Below, piece after piece: positions 9,451 through 20,100 of a stretch of DNA of 64,000 nt. Each line of letters begins with the position of its first letter. Position 1 is the stretch's first letter. The translations under genes and the position numbers were made by a program. The DNA lies in IMG/VR virus record IMGVR_UViG_3300049794_000047; one strand, given 5' to 3'. This DNA is from a virus. Its lineage: Duplodnaviria; Caudoviricetes. The notes beneath the pieces are model-generated. The model did not search any database and was not told the DNA's origin. It saw only the letters and a program-made list of their open reading frames with translations.

Positions 9451-9478
9451 GGACAACCAGATAGGCAGGCGTCGAACT

Positions 9479-10150
9479 ATGTCACCTGACACTACCACTA
9501 ATCCCATCCTAGCGAGCCTTGCCTGGTGCCCCGACGACTGCGACCTCGACGAGGACCGCAAATATGTCGGTGCCGCCCCGGGCGACGTAGCCGCTCAGCA
9601 CGCTGAATGGATGCACAGACAGGGCGACCCGCAAGAGAAGTACAACAGCCGCGTGCGCGCGTCCCATGAGGGTATTGTCCACGACTGGGACGTGTGCGTT
9701 TACGTTGAAATTGGGGTGTCGTTTCACGCATCGAGGCATGCTTATCCGGATAGCACCCAGAGCAAGAGTCGGTCCTCTGGTGAACCATTTGGAATTCCTC
9801 GGGATCGACGATCGGCAAAATCCGCACAGGGGCGACAACCGGATAAGCACGCATCGAGGGTCTTCCCTGTGAAGCCGAGCGTATCCACCGGGACAGTGCA
9901 ATCCGAGAGGATAACGGGGGTGAGTGCCGACACCGTTCACTATTCGCACGAGGCCTACCAGCCCGACGTGCATCTGCGCTGCGGGCGCTGGACGACGCCC
10001 TCATGGCGACCGCGCGCTGGGCTGCCCGATCTCGTCTACCAGACGGATGAGGGTGACCTATACACGTTCGAGCGCGTTGAGCTTGTGACGTGCGAGGAGT
10101 GCCGGAGCGCCATGGCGGTGACGGCTGCCGAGCCGGGAGCCCAGCTATGA
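9479..10150 (+). CDS. hypothetical protein carrying an in-frame IS1595-type MITE
   Basis: ORF stays open across a 123-bp insertion. Confidence 0.55.
   Translation: MSPDTTTNPILASLAWCPDDCDLDEDRKYVGAAPGDVAAQHAEWMHRQGDPQEKYNSRVRASHEGIVHDWDVCVYVEIGVSFHASRHAYPDSTQSKSRSSGEPFGIPRDRRSAKSAQGRQPDKHASRVFPVKPSVSTGTVQSERITGVSADTVHYSHEAYQPDVHLRCGRWTTPSWRPRAGLPDLVYQTDEGDLYTFERVELVTCEECRSAMAVTAAEPGAQL
9737..9851. mobile_element. 115-bp IS1595-derived MITE
   Basis: ends CATGCTTATCCGG / CCGGATAAGCACG; 8-bp TSD CATCGAGG at 9729-9736 and 9852-9859. Confidence 0.9.
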
Positions 10151-10185
10151 GGCGCGGCGCTCGCATCTCAGACGAGGGCTCGCCC

Positions 10186-10581
10186 ATGACCCGTCGCTCC
10201 AAGTACGAGCCCGGGGATCGCGTGATCGCCCTTCGCTGGCCGCGCGGAGGCGCGGGCGTCATCGTCAAGTTTGCACCCGTTCGCTCTCTGGTCCGCTGGG
10301 ATGGCCTCAAAGAGGACAAGCGCACGAGTACCGCTGATATCCGGCCCGAGACTGAAGAGGACGTCGCGCGGCAGGGCCACGAGCAATCGATGCGCGCTTG
10401 GCAGGCCCGGCAGCCAAAGACTTCACACATCTCGATCAGCAGCCCAGCGCTGTGGGGAAGCACGTTGTCGGACGGCGCGCAACTCTACAGCGTACTGCGC
10501 TCGCCAGAGACGATGCGTGAGGCAGCCGCCGAGTTACTTCAACTCGCAGACTGGTTCGCGGAGAGGCCGGTGAAGCTGTGA
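10186..10581 (+). CDS. hypothetical protein, possible SH3/KOW-like N-terminus
   Basis: YEPGDRVIALRW...GVIVKF...VRWDG. Confidence 0.55.
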   Translation: MTRRSKYEPGDRVIALRWPRGGAGVIVKFAPVRSLVRWDGLKEDKRTSTADIRPETEEDVARQGHEQSMRAWQARQPKTSHISISSPALWGSTLSDGAQLYSVLRSPETMREAAAELLQLADWFAERPVKL

Positions 10582-11970
10582 GCCGCAGAGTACCGTGACC
10601 ACTCGACTTTCACATCGGCCTTGCGGGCTGGCAATGCACAGAGGCGGGAGGGACGATCTTGACCGAGTCGCCCACCAACCGCCTCCTCACGATCAAAGCG
10701 CTGCGGCTCATCCTATGCGGCCGGATCGCGGAACACGACGACCCCCACGGGGATGAAGAACGATGACCAACGAAGCTTTTCAGAAGGCCGTGACCGCGAC
10801 GTACCGCATCGACAGCACGGGTGGAAACATGGCCCGCCGGATGTCGTCGATCCCAGCAGCGAAAGAGCGCTATCTCGAGGCTGTCCGCTTCTGACTCGGT
10901 GAAGGAGAGCCGATACCAGAGGTCGAATTCCGCGTGACGACCGAGAATCCCGATGGAATGGACAGAAAGTCCGACCCCCACATCGAGTGCGTTGAGAGTG
11001 GTGCCATCAAGGCCTGTATCTGGCGCGAGACGCCGTGTTGGCCTGAGATATCGACGCTAATCCGACCGCACAAGTGTGCCGAGTTGGCGATGCTGGCGGT
11101 TGCCAGTAGCGTTGAGTTATCGTGTCGCCACGCTCGGCTGATCTGTAGCGATGTTGATATCGACAACTCGTGGCCGCGGCCTGGTGTTACGTGTGCTGAC
11201 TGCGGCCAGAAGTGGTCGCCGGCACCGCTGGTCGATTCCGATCCAGCAGACCGCGAGCTCCTCGCCAGCGTGGTGCTCGGTACTTGATGAAGCGAAGCGC
11301 AGGGATGCTGCCGGGACGCGCGGAACCGTGCCCATGACCCGCCACAAGGTCCACCTCGCTACCGCGGCGGGCCGTGTCACACCCGTCGGTACAGCAATGG
11401 TGCGCCGTGCAACGACAGCAGGGAAACATGACCATGACCAACGACATCCACGAAACCGTATCCGACTACATCGCGCTGGACTGGTACGACGGGCCACTTC
11501 TCGAGATCGCGCGCGTGGACTTCGCGGATGGCGACCGCATGGTGCAGGTATGCTCGCTGTGCCACGAGATCGAGCAGCCACCAAGCGAGCGGCTCCGCGG
11601 GACAATCAGCGGCGAGGAACCGTGGACGCGAACCGTCCTCCGGCTGACACGAGATGACCTGCAGGCAATGCTCGACTTGCTGGACGGCAAGCCGGTGAAA
11701 GGGGTCCACGATCGATGACGACCGCGCAGCCCCTCACCTGCCGCAACTGCGGCGATCTGTTCATCGCATCTGAGCGACCCTGCCCGCATCCGTCACCCGG
11801 TCCTGAGTACAAAGAGACCGGACGCGGCGGACACATGTTCTACCCCCCGCCACCATCGCTGCCGCGCGAACCTGTGACCAAGGAGCGGCTACAGGAGATC
11901 GAAGCGCTTGCGCTCGACGCGCTCAACGCAAGAACAGGCCAGCGGGGAAGCTGCTGCCGAAAGGACGCCG

Positions 11971-12771
11971 ATGACAGCTTACGACCCCACCGCGATTGAA
12001 CGGCTGATCGCCGAGGCACGCGAGGACGTCGCACGAATGCTCGGTGGCAGGTGGTCCACGGTCGGCAGCGGCTCGATCCTGGAGATCGAATCCTCGGAAT
12101 TGCACCCCGATGGTGACAACATCGGCGTCGCCGAGGATCTGCGCTCCGAGGACGCGCTTGGCATCGCCCGCACCCGCAACAACCTTGCGGCCATGGCCGA
12201 CCAACTCGAGGCCGCGCACGCGGAGGTCACGCATCTGAAACGACGCGATCTGTTTCGTCGCGACTGCGAGTGGTTCATCGCCACGGATCCGCAACCGTGG
12301 CGCTTCGGTCAGCTGGACTTTCCAAGGTGCGCGAATCGCGCGAATTGCGTCGGGGAGACGCTGCCGCGGCGCTCCCAGTACATCCTGTGTCGTGAACATG
12401 CTGAGCAATGGGACGGCGACCTCGTGGCGATGTCGGGTGAGCCCGTGGCAATTCCGAAGCAGGTGCACGACGCTGCCGCTGCTGCCGCTGCCGCTGCCGC
12501 TGCCGCTGCTGCCGCTGCCGCTGCCGCCGCTGCTGCCGCTGCCGCCGCCGCTACCGCCGCCGCCGCTCGCGACGCAACGGAGCTCCGCATCGCGGCTAAA
12601 CTCGGGCTATCGCCAACCGCGACACAGGGCGAGATCGCGGAGGCTGTGGAAGCGGTGGTGGCGGAACGGAATGCCGCGCAAACGTACATCTCCGAGCTAC
12701 AACACGCCGCCAAGACGGTGATTGACAACTCGCTCGGTTGTGTGGCCACACGCGTGTCAAAGGGCGGGTGA
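11971..12771 (+). CDS. hypothetical protein with poly-Ala tract
   Basis: ORF with a 32-codon GCT/GCC run. Confidence 0.65.
   Translation: MTAYDPTAIERLIAEAREDVARMLGGRWSTVGSGSILEIESSELHPDGDNIGVAEDLRSEDALGIARTRNNLAAMADQLEAAHAEVTHLKRRDLFRRDCEWFIATDPQPWRFGQLDFPRCANRANCVGETLPRRSQYILCREHAEQWDGDLVAMSGEPVAIPKQVHDAAAAAAAAAAAAAAAAAAAAAAAAAAATAAAARDATELRIAAKLGLSPTATQGEIAEAVEAVVAERNAAQTYISELQHAAKTVIDNSLGCVATRVSKGG
12472..12567 (+). repeat. (GCT/GCC)n trinucleotide tract
   Basis: 96 bp, encodes A27-T-A4. Confidence 0.95.
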
Positions 12772-12870
12772 CCGGCTACCCGTATCGGGTGTCGACCTAC
12801 CCAGGAACGAAAAATGTCCCCTTGCACCACCGTGCCGGTGGCGTGCAAGATGCATTCATCAGCCGTGATG
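12766..12870 (+). promoter_or_regulatory. promoter cassette P1 (two GGGT-N8-ACCC boxes + sigma54-like core)
   Basis: boxes 12766-81 and 12787-802; TGGCGTGCAAGATGC at 12839; ATG 12868. Confidence 0.7.
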
Positions 12871-13281
12871 AAGATCAACGTGCACGTCCGATGGGAAGTC
12901 TGGATTGGGGAGTGGAAATACCTCATGGAGAGCCTCATGGAGAGCCCTCGCGACGCAAATAGCCTCAATGAGCTCCCGCAACTCCGCTGGCGCTTCAATG
13001 CCTGCTTTGACGAGCGCAGCAAGGCAGAGTCCGAGAGCCACTGGTATCGAAAGCAGGGCTACTCAAATGTCGACATTCGCTGTCGGACCACGCAGTACCA
13101 GGCGCGACGTCACGTCACGTCACCACGGGCTAGCATGACCTATCAAGGCACGTCCTGGGTACCCTGGCACCCGTGTCTCAAGAGAAACACACGGACGTAC
13201 GATCCGTGGACGGCCAGAGACGGGTGGTGGCTTACCCAGGGACGAAAGACGGCCCCTTACATCACTGAGCCTGTGGCGTGA
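12868..13281 (+). CDS. hypothetical protein
   Basis: ATG 28 nt after the P1 GG. Confidence 0.5.
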   Translation: MKINVHVRWEVWIGEWKYLMESLMESPRDANSLNELPQLRWRFNACFDERSKAESESHWYRKQGYSNVDIRCRTTQYQARRHVTSPRASMTYQGTSWVPWHPCLKRNTRTYDPWTARDGWWLTQGRKTAPYITEPVA

Positions 13282-13499
13282 AAGATGCACTGTTTGTCAG
13301 ACATGCTAAGGATCAACTGGACCGGGGGAGGCGCTCTCTTGCGCCTAACCTCTGGGGACCATTGCGACTGGGCCTATTGCGGTGGTGGTCCGAGCTTCCG
13401 GAACGTCAAGCGAACGCACTTCGTTGCGGCGATCGAGTCACTGCTTGGGTGGGATCATCCGGCCGCGCAGGAGGCCCGTGACTTCTGTAAGCGTGCCAA

Positions 13500-14051
13500 A
13501 TGAGTGACGTACGAAAGGTTCACACGGAGGTTGACGGCGTCATCTATCGTGGACGGCGATCTGTTCACATGTCTGGCAACAGGGTCTGGATCGATGGACA
13601 AGAGGTCGGTGTCGAGGTCGACAACAACGGCGAGGGCACGCCCTGCACGATTCGCTACCTCACGGGTGTTGAGATTCCTTCCCCGCCCGATCACGCGACC
13701 GAGGCCGAGCACATCCGTGACAACTTCGAGGGCTCTCTCGATAAGTACAAGGCGAAGGCGCGCACGTACCGCAAGAAGATCGAGGATCTCACAAGCAAGC
13801 TCTCGGATAAGGCCCGGAAGGAGATCCAAAGCGCGCTCGACGTCATCGAAGATCAGCTCGCGAATAACGTACCGTTCGTGGTGAAACAGTTCCAGGAAGC
13901 CACGTCACGAATCACCAGTGCTGCCAAGGCTGAGGTCGACGCGTTCGTCACGGGAGTGGTGCGTGCCGCAGGTCTTGAAGCGATCGCAGGGGGCAAGCTG
14001 CCGTCGCTCTTGTCAAGTGGCGAGAGCAACGATCACAACGTCAAGCCGTGA
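13500..14051 (+). CDS. hypothetical helical protein
   Basis: 183 aa; a degenerate copy of its 3' end lies at about 16995-17050. Confidence 0.7.
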   Translation: MSDVRKVHTEVDGVIYRGRRSVHMSGNRVWIDGQEVGVEVDNNGEGTPCTIRYLTGVEIPSPPDHATEAEHIRDNFEGSLDKYKAKARTYRKKIEDLTSKLSDKARKEIQSALDVIEDQLANNVPFVVKQFQEATSRITSAAKAEVDAFVTGVVRAAGLEAIAGGKLPSLLSSGESNDHNVKP

Positions 14052-14136
14052 ACCGCAAGCTCGCGAGCCCCGCGCGCCACACTTGCTGAAGTCAAGGAGC
14101 GCGTGAAGCAACAAACGCCTCGATGAGGTAACTTCC

Positions 14137-14478
14137 ATGCAGAAAAAGCAGACCAATAGCCAGAGCGCAACGAGGCTCTCTCATGCACTCGCCCTCAAGG
14201 CGGCCGGTCCTATCGTGGACAACGCACTAGCGCGCTCTGCCGCGAAGCCTGAGGCGTTCGCCGATTCGTTCACCACACTCGACGCAGGCTTCTCCGTCGA
14301 GGTCAAGGACCCTTGGGGTGAGGTGACCGAGGACATTGAGGTCAAGATCGATTGCGGCGGCATGATCCACGGCGACGAAGACCTGATCGACGTCCTGATC
14401 GAGATGCTCGAAAAGGCAAAGGAAAATCTCATCGCGAGGCGCGGCCCACTAACACGCAAGCGCTTGGATGCGCTGTGA
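14137..14478 (+). CDS. hypothetical protein
   Basis: RBS-like GAGG upstream; 113 aa. Confidence 0.6.
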   Translation: MQKKQTNSQSATRLSHALALKAAGPIVDNALARSAAKPEAFADSFTTLDAGFSVEVKDPWGEVTEDIEVKIDCGGMIHGDEDLIDVLIEMLEKAKENLIARRGPLTRKRLDAL

Positions 14479-16222
14479 GGCGTGCGCCAAAACGCGCCGG
14501 CACTGGTGTGCACGTCAGCGCGCCTTCCCGTGCGACGATCCCGCCGTCCCGTGCGACGATCCCGCGCATCGACGACGTCACCTACAAGTTGCTCAAGGCC
14601 TCGCCGGAGGCGGTGGCGGTGCGCACTCGCGCGATCGAGTGGAAGGAGGCGGCCGACAAGGATGGCCCAGACCACTCACCGGGATGTAGCCACGAGCGTG
14701 AGGCAGCACGTGCGCATCGACGTTTCATGCAGGCTGCCTACGAATATGGTCTCGCCGTGCAACGCCGTGGCAAGGAGCACATGCACCTGTGGGCGCGTCC
14801 CGGCGAGTTGGTTGACTTCATGCCGCTGTCCCGCGAAGCGCAGGCTTGGATTCGTGAACACGGATGGGAGGGCAAGGCGATCATGGTCCAGTTCTGGTGC
14901 GAGCGACTCACGGTGCGGTCACCGCGCGATCGTCGTCGGAAACGTACGTTCGGTCCGCGCGAGGCCACCTGGGCCTCAATCGACAGCGAAACGGAAAAAG
15001 TCCGGTACGAGCGAGCGATCGGTCTGCGCCGAGACACGTGGAGCAAGGCCGAGTAGCCTGTGGTGCTGGACCGACAGCTTTTCCGAAGCCCCGACCCACG
15101 ACGTCGTGATACAGGTCTACACGGCGCTATCAGAGCAGCGCGCGTCAACCAATATCGAAAAGACAGACCGCCGGCAAGGATCGTCTGCACGAAGTTACGC
15201 TCAACAAAACAGGAAACAAACCGCATGAATGACATTGCAACGGCCGACATGACTTTGTTTGACAGCCGCCCTACTAGAGCCGAGGCATGTCCTCAATGTC
15301 GCGGGCATGGAAGCGTCAGTGTCGGATACGCGCTCCACCCGTCAAGCGACCCAATCAATGGGACCCCCAAGGGCGCCATCCATGCGTTTGTGGGTGGATC
15401 GTTCGACGTGTTCTATGCGGCCAGGGAGGCCGCGAAGCTTGCCGTGCGAGCCCGCCGACCCGTGGCCTTCCAATGCCTCGACTACGTCGTCGTCATCAAC
15501 CCAGGCAACGATCCCGATCAGGTGGCTCGTGCCTGGTGGCTCCAGCAATACGGTGAGACACCCGAGGCGACGTGGGCTCGACGATGACACGGCACCCCTG
15601 CTTAACGGTGCACGACGTCGATCGCAACGCTGGACAGCCGCGTGCTGTCGGAGGGGGGCCGTGCGCGATGACTGCGAGCTACTTCGCGCTGGACAACCGG
15701 GCACACCGCGGTCATCTGTGCTGGCATTGCTGGAGAGAGTTGCCGCCCCCAGAGCGAGATCTATACAGCGGACGTGCGTAGCCTCGGACAACCGTGTGAT
15801 GAAAAGCAAAACGGTAACTTCAAGTAAGACCTCGGCCAGGAAACTCCAGCAACACCGCCGTGTCCTGAGCCGCTCGATGGCTGCCAAGATCATCCTCGAT
15901 CTGGAGCCGCAGTATGCAGACACGGTCACCGCGCGGACCCTGCGAGCTGCCCGTGTGCTGACGACGAACTTCGCCGTCAAGCGCGATATCTGCGACGCGC
16001 TCAGTACAGTGATCGTGGCTGAGCAAACGGGTCACTGGGGGTCGCCCAATGACCAGGCTCCAAAGTGTGTGTGGCAGGCCTGCATCGCCATCTGGAGGCT
16101 GCAGCGGGACCTCACGACAGACCCTCCTGATTCAAGGGTGGCCAAGGCGCCACGCTACTCTACCCCGAAGGCCAGCCCCCACTGATCCATCTCTCCAGCA
16201 CGATCCGCGCCCGTGCAGAGAC

Positions 16223-16307
16223 GGGTGCCGACCTACCCAGGAAAGTCCCCAGAGCACTTACGCGAAGGGCACAATCGGCACACACATTGCTTTTACCTCG
16301 GAGCATG
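16223..16307 (+). promoter_or_regulatory. promoter cassette P2
   Basis: GGGT-gccgacct-ACCC at 16223; CACTTAC at 16255; CGGCACACACATTGCT at 16276; ATG 16305. Confidence 0.75.
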
Positions 16308-16601
16308 AAGGAACCTGTCATGATGAATATTCCGCCGCGCATCGGCCAGCGCGTCGGCTTCACGCGCCACGATCATCCAAATGTACCCCCAGGCCGCGGC
16401 GGTATGATTGACCAGGTTGGATCGGACAATCAGTTCGTGGTCATGATCGACGGTGGTGGATTCTTTGGCTGGACCGCATTCGACAGCTGGGAGTTCACTG
16501 GTGAGCCTGATGTGGTTCTCAATCCCGAATACGTCGTCATGCGGACGCAGGCGCTGTGCGACGACAGTACGATTAAGCCGATCGGGCGGAAGCCAGGATG
16601 A
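16305..16601 (+). CDS. hypothetical protein (MKEPV start)
   Basis: follows P2; coupled to next ORF. Confidence 0.6.
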   Translation: MKEPVMMNIPPRIGQRVGFTRHDHPNVPPGRGGMIDQVGSDNQFVVMIDGGGFFGWTAFDSWEFTGEPDVVLNPEYVVMRTQALCDDSTIKPIGRKPG

Positions 16602-16951
16602 GCCCTGCAGAAGACCGCCTGCTCAGCTTCGTGGCCACGCGCCTCGAAAGCATGCTGCGCCGGCCTGCCATCTGGGGCTCGCTATTCTCCGTGGAAGAAC
16701 GGATCCTGCAACTCTTGGAGTTGCGGCGAGTGCTCCTGGCCCCTTCATTTTCAGCGGACGATACGCACCAGCTCCTGCGGTCGTACTCGCGGTTCATCTC
16801 CGAAACCCTGGAGGATGCCACCGTGGAACCCCTCGCCACGCAACTCGAACAGCGAGGGCGGGCAGCCGAATTTCCCGCGCTCATGAAGAAGTTCATCGAG
16901 CGCGAGCGCGCAGAGTTCCTTGCCGACGCGGTGACCTTGCCGACGCGGTGA
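16598..16951 (+). CDS. hypothetical protein
   Basis: coupled ORF, 117 aa. Confidence 0.6.
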   Translation: MSPAEDRLLSFVATRLESMLRRPAIWGSLFSVEERILQLLELRRVLLAPSFSADDTHQLLRSYSRFISETLEDATVEPLATQLEQRGRAAEFPALMKKFIERERAEFLADAVTLPTR

Positions 16952-17105
16952 CCAAAAACCAACCAATGCCCCAGGAACAAAGAAAAGGTTCGTGAGCGCC
17001 GCAGGTCTCGAAGCCACTCATAGCGGGCAAGCTGCCGTCACTGTTGTCGAACGCCCCGTGCACTGTTCAAAATTCCAACCGTAGCCCCAAGGAGAAACAG
17101 CCTTT

Positions 17106-17504
17106 ATGAGTATAGACTGGAGCGCCTACGCCGTCATCGGCTGCGAGGTCACCGGAAAGCTGATCCAGAAGATCCGCAGCCCTGGTTGCAAGCATAACAA
17201 ACCCAGCGGCTCGCCCTTCTGTGCACAGTGCGGCCTGCCCTCGAGCGTGATCGAGGAAATTCCAATCGCGGGATACGATCGGGACGCAGCCAAGATCGGC
17301 ACTTTCTCCGTCGTTGGCACGTCTGACGATCGCCGTCAGTTCGTAGGCTTCATGGTTGGTGCTGGTGATTTTGACCAGGCCCGCATGCGTCCTCTCCCCG
17401 ACTTCACCGAGATCAAGACCGCCCTGTGCGCTGTCCTTGAACCGCTGGGGCTCTGGACCGAAGAGTCCTTCGGCCTGTGGTCTATCCTCTGCTGCTTATG
17501 TTAA
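17106..17504 (+). CDS. hypothetical Cys-containing protein
   Basis: AGGAG RBS; CKH...CAQCG. Confidence 0.65.
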   Translation: MSIDWSAYAVIGCEVTGKLIQKIRSPGCKHNKPSGSPFCAQCGLPSSVIEEIPIAGYDRDAAKIGTFSVVGTSDDRRQFVGFMVGAGDFDQARMRPLPDFTEIKTALCAVLEPLGLWTEESFGLWSILCCLC

Positions 17505-17535
17505 GGACACCCAGTGATCATCGACGCTCAAGCCC

Positions 17536-17684
17536 GAGTGATCTGATACCCCGTGTCCCGAGCACCACGTTCCCAGCTTGACCTGCGCCCGTGCGGAGAC
17601 GGGTGACACCCTACCCAGGAGCGACCCTCAAGCACTTACATGAATGCGCGCCCGGCACACGAGTTGCTTTAGCCTAGGAACATG
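17536..17684 (+). promoter_or_regulatory. promoter cassette P3
   Basis: boxes at 17536 (GAGT) and 17601; CACTTAC at 17633; CGGCACACGAGTTGCT at 17653; ATG 17682. Confidence 0.75.
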
Positions 17685-18287
17685 AAGGAACCTGTTGTGC
17701 TGACGACCTGTACCGAGACCTCGCTCGTGCTCGTCATGTTCAAGTTCTCGTCCGATGACGACCAGTTCCGCGCGCGCCTGTTCGACGCAATCCTCAGCGA
17801 CAGGTGCCCGGACTTCGAGTGCTCTCTGGGCAGCCCGAGCGGGACTGGGCACAGCTGCACCGCCCTGTGGCGACCGGAGCACGCGGACGCGGTCCGCGCC
17901 TGGGCGCGATCCATCGGCATCCACGTCACCAGCGACGCCCCCAGCGACAGCACCCCCGGCGTTCCCCATTTCCAGGGAGGACCCCGCAACGTCTCTGCCG
18001 GCGCTACCCGTATCCAGGGAGGACCCCGCGACGTCACCGCCGACGCTACCCGTATCCAGGGAAGACCCCGCGACGTCTCCGTCGGCGCTCCCCGTATCCA
18101 GGGAGGACCCAGCAATGTCACCGCCGACGCTACCCGTATCCAGGGAGAACCCCACGGTCGTGAGGGGGTCGCAACCCACATCAAACTGCCCGACATCGGC
18201 GACATCGCACCCGGAGGCGTGGTCGCCCCGTGTATCGCCGACGTCGAGCGCATGCTCGTCGACCGGCGCGCGAAGGGGACACTGTAG
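17682..18287 (+). CDS. hypothetical protein with 14-aa repeats (MKEPV start)
   Basis: QGGPRxVxAxATRI x4. Confidence 0.65.
   Translation: MKEPVVLTTCTETSLVLVMFKFSSDDDQFRARLFDAILSDRCPDFECSLGSPSGTGHSCTALWRPEHADAVRAWARSIGIHVTSDAPSDSTPGVPHFQGGPRNVSAGATRIQGGPRDVTADATRIQGRPRDVSVGAPRIQGGPSNVTADATRIQGEPHGREGVATHIKLPDIGDIAPGGVVAPCIADVERMLVDRRAKGTL
17964..18152 (+). repeat. 42-bp tandem repeat, about 4.5 copies
   Basis: unit includes GCTACCCGTATCCAGGG. Confidence 0.9.
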
Positions 18288-18289
18288 CC

Positions 18290-19075
18290 ATGATCACCGC
18301 ATTCAAAGTATTTACCCACGACCTTCGCCTCCCCGTTCAGGGCGGCGGGGCGCCTATCTGGTCGGGCACACTACCCTATGTGCTGCCCCGTGACGAGGCT
18401 GGGTGGCTTGCATGCGGAACGCCCCAGGACGCGCTATGCTTCTCGGGACTCTGGCCCAACGGTCGGCCTTCGCGACTGTTCGTCGTCGAGACCAGCGCGC
18501 CGATCATCAAGCACGACGACAGGTTGCGCGCAGATACGTGGACGCTCATTGATGAAATGGTGGTCGACGACACGGTCCGCGCGCTGTCCCGGAAATGGCT
18601 CGGCGTACACGCGGACGTCATGGCACGCGAGCAATTGGCGTGGCACGCTGCGCTACTGCGGCCGACCCGCAACGTCACGGCCGTCGAGCAGGGCCTCAGA
18701 CAGGCACTCGAGACACGCGGGCTGCCCTGGCAGTTGAAGCTCTTCAATACCACCAGGGACGCTTGGAACGCCAGGACCGGCTGGAACACCTGGGCCGCCT
18801 GGAACGCCTCGGCCGCCAAAATTACCTGGGCCACCAGGACCACCAGGGCCACCAGGGACGCCTGGGGCGCCTGGGACGCCTGGCACGTCACGGCCGCCTG
18901 GGACGCCTCGGCCGCCTGGGACGCACTGATCCACTACTACGCGGCGACGATGAGCTGGGTACCAGGACCCACGGACCTGTTCACCGTTGGGCTTCGTGAG
19001 GCCTACACCGCGGGCCTCGCCGTCGCGTTGCCCACGAGACCGAATGAGCTCGGTTGGGCGATGGAGGGCGTGTAG
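18290..19075 (+). CDS. hypothetical protein with AWD/AAW tripeptide repeats
   Basis: DAW/AAW/DAS 9-bp repeats at about 18750-18925. Confidence 0.7.
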   Translation: MITAFKVFTHDLRLPVQGGGAPIWSGTLPYVLPRDEAGWLACGTPQDALCFSGLWPNGRPSRLFVVETSAPIIKHDDRLRADTWTLIDEMVVDDTVRALSRKWLGVHADVMAREQLAWHAALLRPTRNVTAVEQGLRQALETRGLPWQLKLFNTTRDAWNARTGWNTWAAWNASAAKITWATRTTRATRDAWGAWDAWHVTAAWDASAAWDALIHYYAATMSWVPGPTDLFTVGLREAYTAGLAVALPTRPNELGWAMEGV

Positions 19076-19505
19076 TGCGCCCGCCCTACCGAATCACCGA
19101 AGTCGTGTCCGGCACGTCGCGGCACGCGAACTGGCGAGACATCCTCACCAAGCACGGCACGCGCTTCATCGACGAGGCGCTCCGCGACAATCCCGACGGC
19201 CCGGTCGCGATGGTCACGACCCGGTACGCGACCGAGATCGACTACCGGGTCATCGTCGGCGAGCTGACCGATGGTGACCACGGTAAGGCGCGTGTCATCT
19301 GGGATCGCTCGGTCTCGTTCGGCGCGACAGATGCACGCGTGGCCGGAGGCTCGGACTTCGTTGCCGCGGCACGGGCGCAGGATGAGGTGGCGTTTGCGGC
19401 ACATGCACTGTTGAATGCTGTGGAGGTCGATGGTGAGTTACCCGAGGCACCACGCGAACTACAGGCGCTGGCCGACTGGTTCGAGGGCGCACGCCAGGAA
19501 AAGCC

Positions 19506-20033
19506 ATGACCACCCGACCGATCACAAGTGCTCCACTGGAGAAGATTATGGTCAGCACCGAGGTTCCTCTCACGTTTCGCATCTTCAAAGACAACCAACT
19601 ACTCCGCGAGGAGCGGTTATCGCTGCGTGTGATCAAGCTCGGCAAGGTCGCCTCGGCACACCTCAAGTTCGACGACGAGGCCGTGAACCGAATGCACGCG
19701 TTCATCGAGGTCAACGGTCCTGGTGACATTACCATCATCGACCTCGGCTCGACCAAGGGCACGTTCGTCAACGGCCAGAAGGTCATCAAGGCCAAACTGC
19801 GGTCGGGCGACATGATCAGGATCGGCGAGACCTGGATCGAGCTCGTGATCGACACCGGCGAGGAATTGTCGAGAGAAGCCGCAACCATTGCTGGATTCCC
19901 CGACCTCCATGTCACCGACGGAGCAATCGGCATCCGCACGAGTCAGATCGCCAAGCCCGTCCACCTCCGCACGCTCACGGTCAGTGGGAAGGGCAACGTG
20001 GGCATCGACCTCGACGACGGAGACGCCAAGTGA
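19506..20033 (+). CDS. FHA-domain protein resembling the N-terminus of myxobacterial GltG-type gliding proteins
   Basis: VPLTFRIFK...VIKLGKVASAHL...RMHAFIEV...IIDLGSTKGTFVNG. Confidence 0.8.
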   Translation: MTTRPITSAPLEKIMVSTEVPLTFRIFKDNQLLREERLSLRVIKLGKVASAHLKFDDEAVNRMHAFIEVNGPGDITIIDLGSTKGTFVNGQKVIKAKLRSGDMIRIGETWIELVIDTGEELSREAATIAGFPDLHVTDGAIGIRTSQIAKPVHLRTLTVSGKGNVGIDLDDGDAK

Positions 20034-20049
20034 ACAAGCGCGGAGCAGC

Positions 20050-20100
20050 CTGCGGCTGCGGCTGCGGCTGCGGCTGCGGCTGCGGCTGCGGCTGCGGCTG
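20050..20100 (+). repeat. (CTGCGG)8.5 microsatellite
   Basis: perfect hexamer run. Confidence 0.95.
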
